From Leucoraja ocellata (taxonomy: Eukaryota), in NCBI GenBank assembly GCA_036785375.1, contig JAWMAR010000283.1, positions 620,001-684,000 of the forward strand: DNA of 64,000 nucleotides, read 5' to 3'. Positions 61,400 through 64,000 of the stretch are shown piece after piece; the first letter of the stretch is position 1; each line of letters opens with the position of its first letter. The position numbers and the translations under genes were made by a program. The notes beneath the pieces were generated by a model. It was not told the origin of the DNA. It saw only the letters and a program-made list of their open reading frames with translations, and made no database searches.

Positions 61400-62640
61400 T
61401 TTGTAAATGCCACATACTGCACTGAAATGTGGATAGAGTAAATGCTTCAGGTGTTGCTAGTCTAGTGGGTGGTTTATCTTGGATAGTGTTTCGCTTCTTG
61501 AATGTTGTTGGAGCTGCACTCATCCAGGCGAATGACCAGAATTCAATGACACTCTTGACATGCCCTATAGATAATCAAAAGCCTTTGGTGTGGCAGAGAC
61601 AGCCTTGATGCACAGTGTAGAGAATCTGGGCAATTTTGTTCCATTCCAGTCCAATGAAGTTTTTTGGTCAATGATGAGGGGTTTAGTGTTGTTGACATGT
61701 TTTCTACTACTTGTCCATTAATTCACAGCAGCTTCTATAATCAAAGACTTGCCCCAACCCCATTCATTCCTTCTTCTCCCTGCTCTTATCTGGCAGAAAG
61801 TACAGAAGTTTGAAAGTGTGCTCCCTCAGATGCGGGAATAGCTTCCTCTTCATTATCAAACTTCTGAATGGTCTTTCCATTATCTGGGGCACTGTTCGAT
61901 TCACCTCTACCCTATTGAGGACTTTGGAGTTTATGTAAGGAACCGATGCGCTACAATGCTGAGAATCATAGACTGCATTCTGTATCTTCCCCTTTGATAT
62001 ATCTATTGTGCTCATTTGAACTGATTGCATCTATGGATGGTATATCGGATCTGATTGGATAGTATCCAAAACAAAGCTTTTCTCTATACCTCAGTGTAAG
62101 TGACAATAATAAACATAAAACTATTTTTTTACCAGAGTTCAAGATTTCATACTTGGTCAAATGTTGCCTCCATGTCAAAGGCAGTCACCCTTGCATCACC
62201 TCTGGAACTTAGCTCTTTGGTTCATGTTTAGACTGAAATGGTGATGAGCTCTTGGCTGGAGTGATCCTGCAGAAGCCAAACTGCTTTTTCACTCCAAAAT
62301 CAGGCATCTGAATGGTCCTTCCATAAGCTGGGGTACTGTCCGATTCACCTCTACTCTATTTAGGAATTTGGACTTGACAAAGTCTTCAGTGAACAGATTA
62401 TTGGTGAACAAGAAGTGCATTTTGACAATCATCAATGGTCTTCTGTTACTTTGACAATAATTGAGAATGGATTGAATGGACAATGGATTGATTGGGCCAG
62501 GTCAAACGTATCCTTCATTTTATTGATGGGATATACCTGGTCATTTTGTTCACATTGTTTGCTAGTAACTAACATTGTAAGTGTATTTAAACAGCTTAAT
62601 TGGACCTATGGCTGGTTCATGGAGTACTTACCATACTGAA
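61400..62640 (-). mobile_element. Decayed CR1-clade LINE (same family as 40275-40880) with nested Rex1 pieces
   Basis: CTTCTTGAATGTTGTTGGAGCTGCACTCATCCAGGC; GGTCAAATGTTGCCTCCATGTCAAAGGCAGTCAC (RT motif, minus strand). Confidence 0.55.
61725..62121 (+). mobile_element. Rex1/Babar 3' end
   Basis: IIKD..HSFFSLLLSGRKYRSLK..RCGNSF, 3' UTR, GTGACAATAATAAAC; a second partial copy at 62298-62373. Confidence 0.82.
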
Positions 62641-64000
62641 GATATTGTGTGGTCTCATAGACATTGCTGGTGTTTTAGTAATTTCCTGATAGCACATCCT
62701 AAAGAACCAAATTAGCTGAAACCTGTGATGAGCCTGGTGAGAACTATTTTAAGGGAATAACTGATTAGAGCAAGTTATTACCACTTGCAAATACATCTGT
62801 TCATGACAGCACTTGGAGGCATGATGAAAAAGTGAAGACAAAGTCAAACTTTCCCAAAGAGAGCATCATCTATCGTGGCACAACCACTATGCTATGTGGG
62901 ATGGAGTAAGAGCTGGCTGAGGACTCACAACTGAGAATCTATGAGGCAGGATGGATGTGCATCAACAATATTGAACTTCAACACAGATTTGCAGTCATGT
63001 GGATAAGGTGCATGTGCGGGAAATCATGCCAAAAATTCAGTGGCTGATAATGTCAATCAATTACACATGGAAAGTTTCCACTAGCTAATTCAGAAACTTG
63101 TAGCAGTTCAGTCTGTTTTGAATGGACTCAAATCCACAAAATAAACATAGAAGTGACCATGATTTGGTTTCAATTGTTATTAACTTGGCAATCTCACTCC
63201 TTAAAGCGGAAAGGATAGTTTGCATGAAAACCTGGACACCATAGCAGTACAGCAATGAGATCATGATGAGGATGGGTTGGAACGGAATAATGCCATAGGA
63301 GAAAGATTGGAAAAAGACCAGGACTGGATTACTTAACTGTGAAATGTAGTAAAACCAACTGTGCCTGGTTATGTTTATAGACTTAAACATCAGAATCAAC
63401 ATTTAATTGTATTTTCAATTGAAGATCTATTTCTATATTTTCTGGTATTTTCTGATAATGCTTAAGGAAGATCTGTTTATGGTTCTCCTTTTCAAATCAG
63501 TATATCTTTTGATTGCAGGCCAATGTGATCACATTCCAAGGAGAAGGTGATTGCTAAATTATTGCATTTTGTAGCATTATCTACTGACCATAACTGTACT
63601 CTAATTTAGGTAGGAACCTCATTGTCAGACGTGGTACAATTAAAATGTGACTTCAATGGTCCAAAGCCTTGGTTGATAAGGGTGGCACAGTTTTAGATTG
63701 ATCTATACTTTGAATCCATTACCAATTGAAAGTAACATATACTCACAAGCAGAATAATTTCAGATGGGTCAGTGATGGCCATTTATTCTCCAAAGACATT
63801 GACAAACTAATTGTATTCATCTTATTTATTGGGCCATACACGGCACATCTATTGTGTGGGCATGCTTACCTGACCTTCTATAACAGGATTATGGCTGACA
63901 GGCAAATAATAGTTGAGATAATAAGGTATATCACAAATTTCCACATGACCTTTACTTGCTGCCATCCTATCAAATAAAATCCTATCAACTCTTCCCTTGA

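Noticed and set aside
63860-63900. Minus-strand mini-exon with CAG|GTAAGC donor
   Set aside because: Candidate lengths of 25 or 8 nt break frame and the pyrimidine tract is short; likely chance.

Overview
Eukaryotic, AT-rich, repeat-dense DNA with three assembly gaps. The repeat families (HE1/V-SINE-type tRNA SINEs, CR1, Rex1/Babar, RTE, Penelope-like elements, DeuSINE remnants) indicate a cartilaginous fish, probably a skate or ray (inference). No intact protein-coding gene is supported. The only ORFs I can assign are decayed transposon proteins: Penelope RT/GIY-YIG, CR1, Rex1/Babar and RTE RT, and a Tc1 transposase. The window reads as a very long intron or gene desert, with TE-poor islands that may be conserved regulatory elements and one candidate 15-nt microexon. 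Most notable: (1) more than a dozen short Penelope-derived inserts, many carrying a minimal type I hammerhead ribozyme motif whose stem III is a loop-less ACGU palindrome, with 11-13 bp target-site duplications and inverted or tandem arrangements; (2) a head-to-tail array of non-autonomous Helitrons with internal minisatellites; (3) two PIF/Harbinger MITEs; (4) a young GC-rich non-coding retroelement whose 3' junction copies DNA 590 bp downstream. Family names come from motif recognition, not database searches. Boundaries of old elements are approximate.
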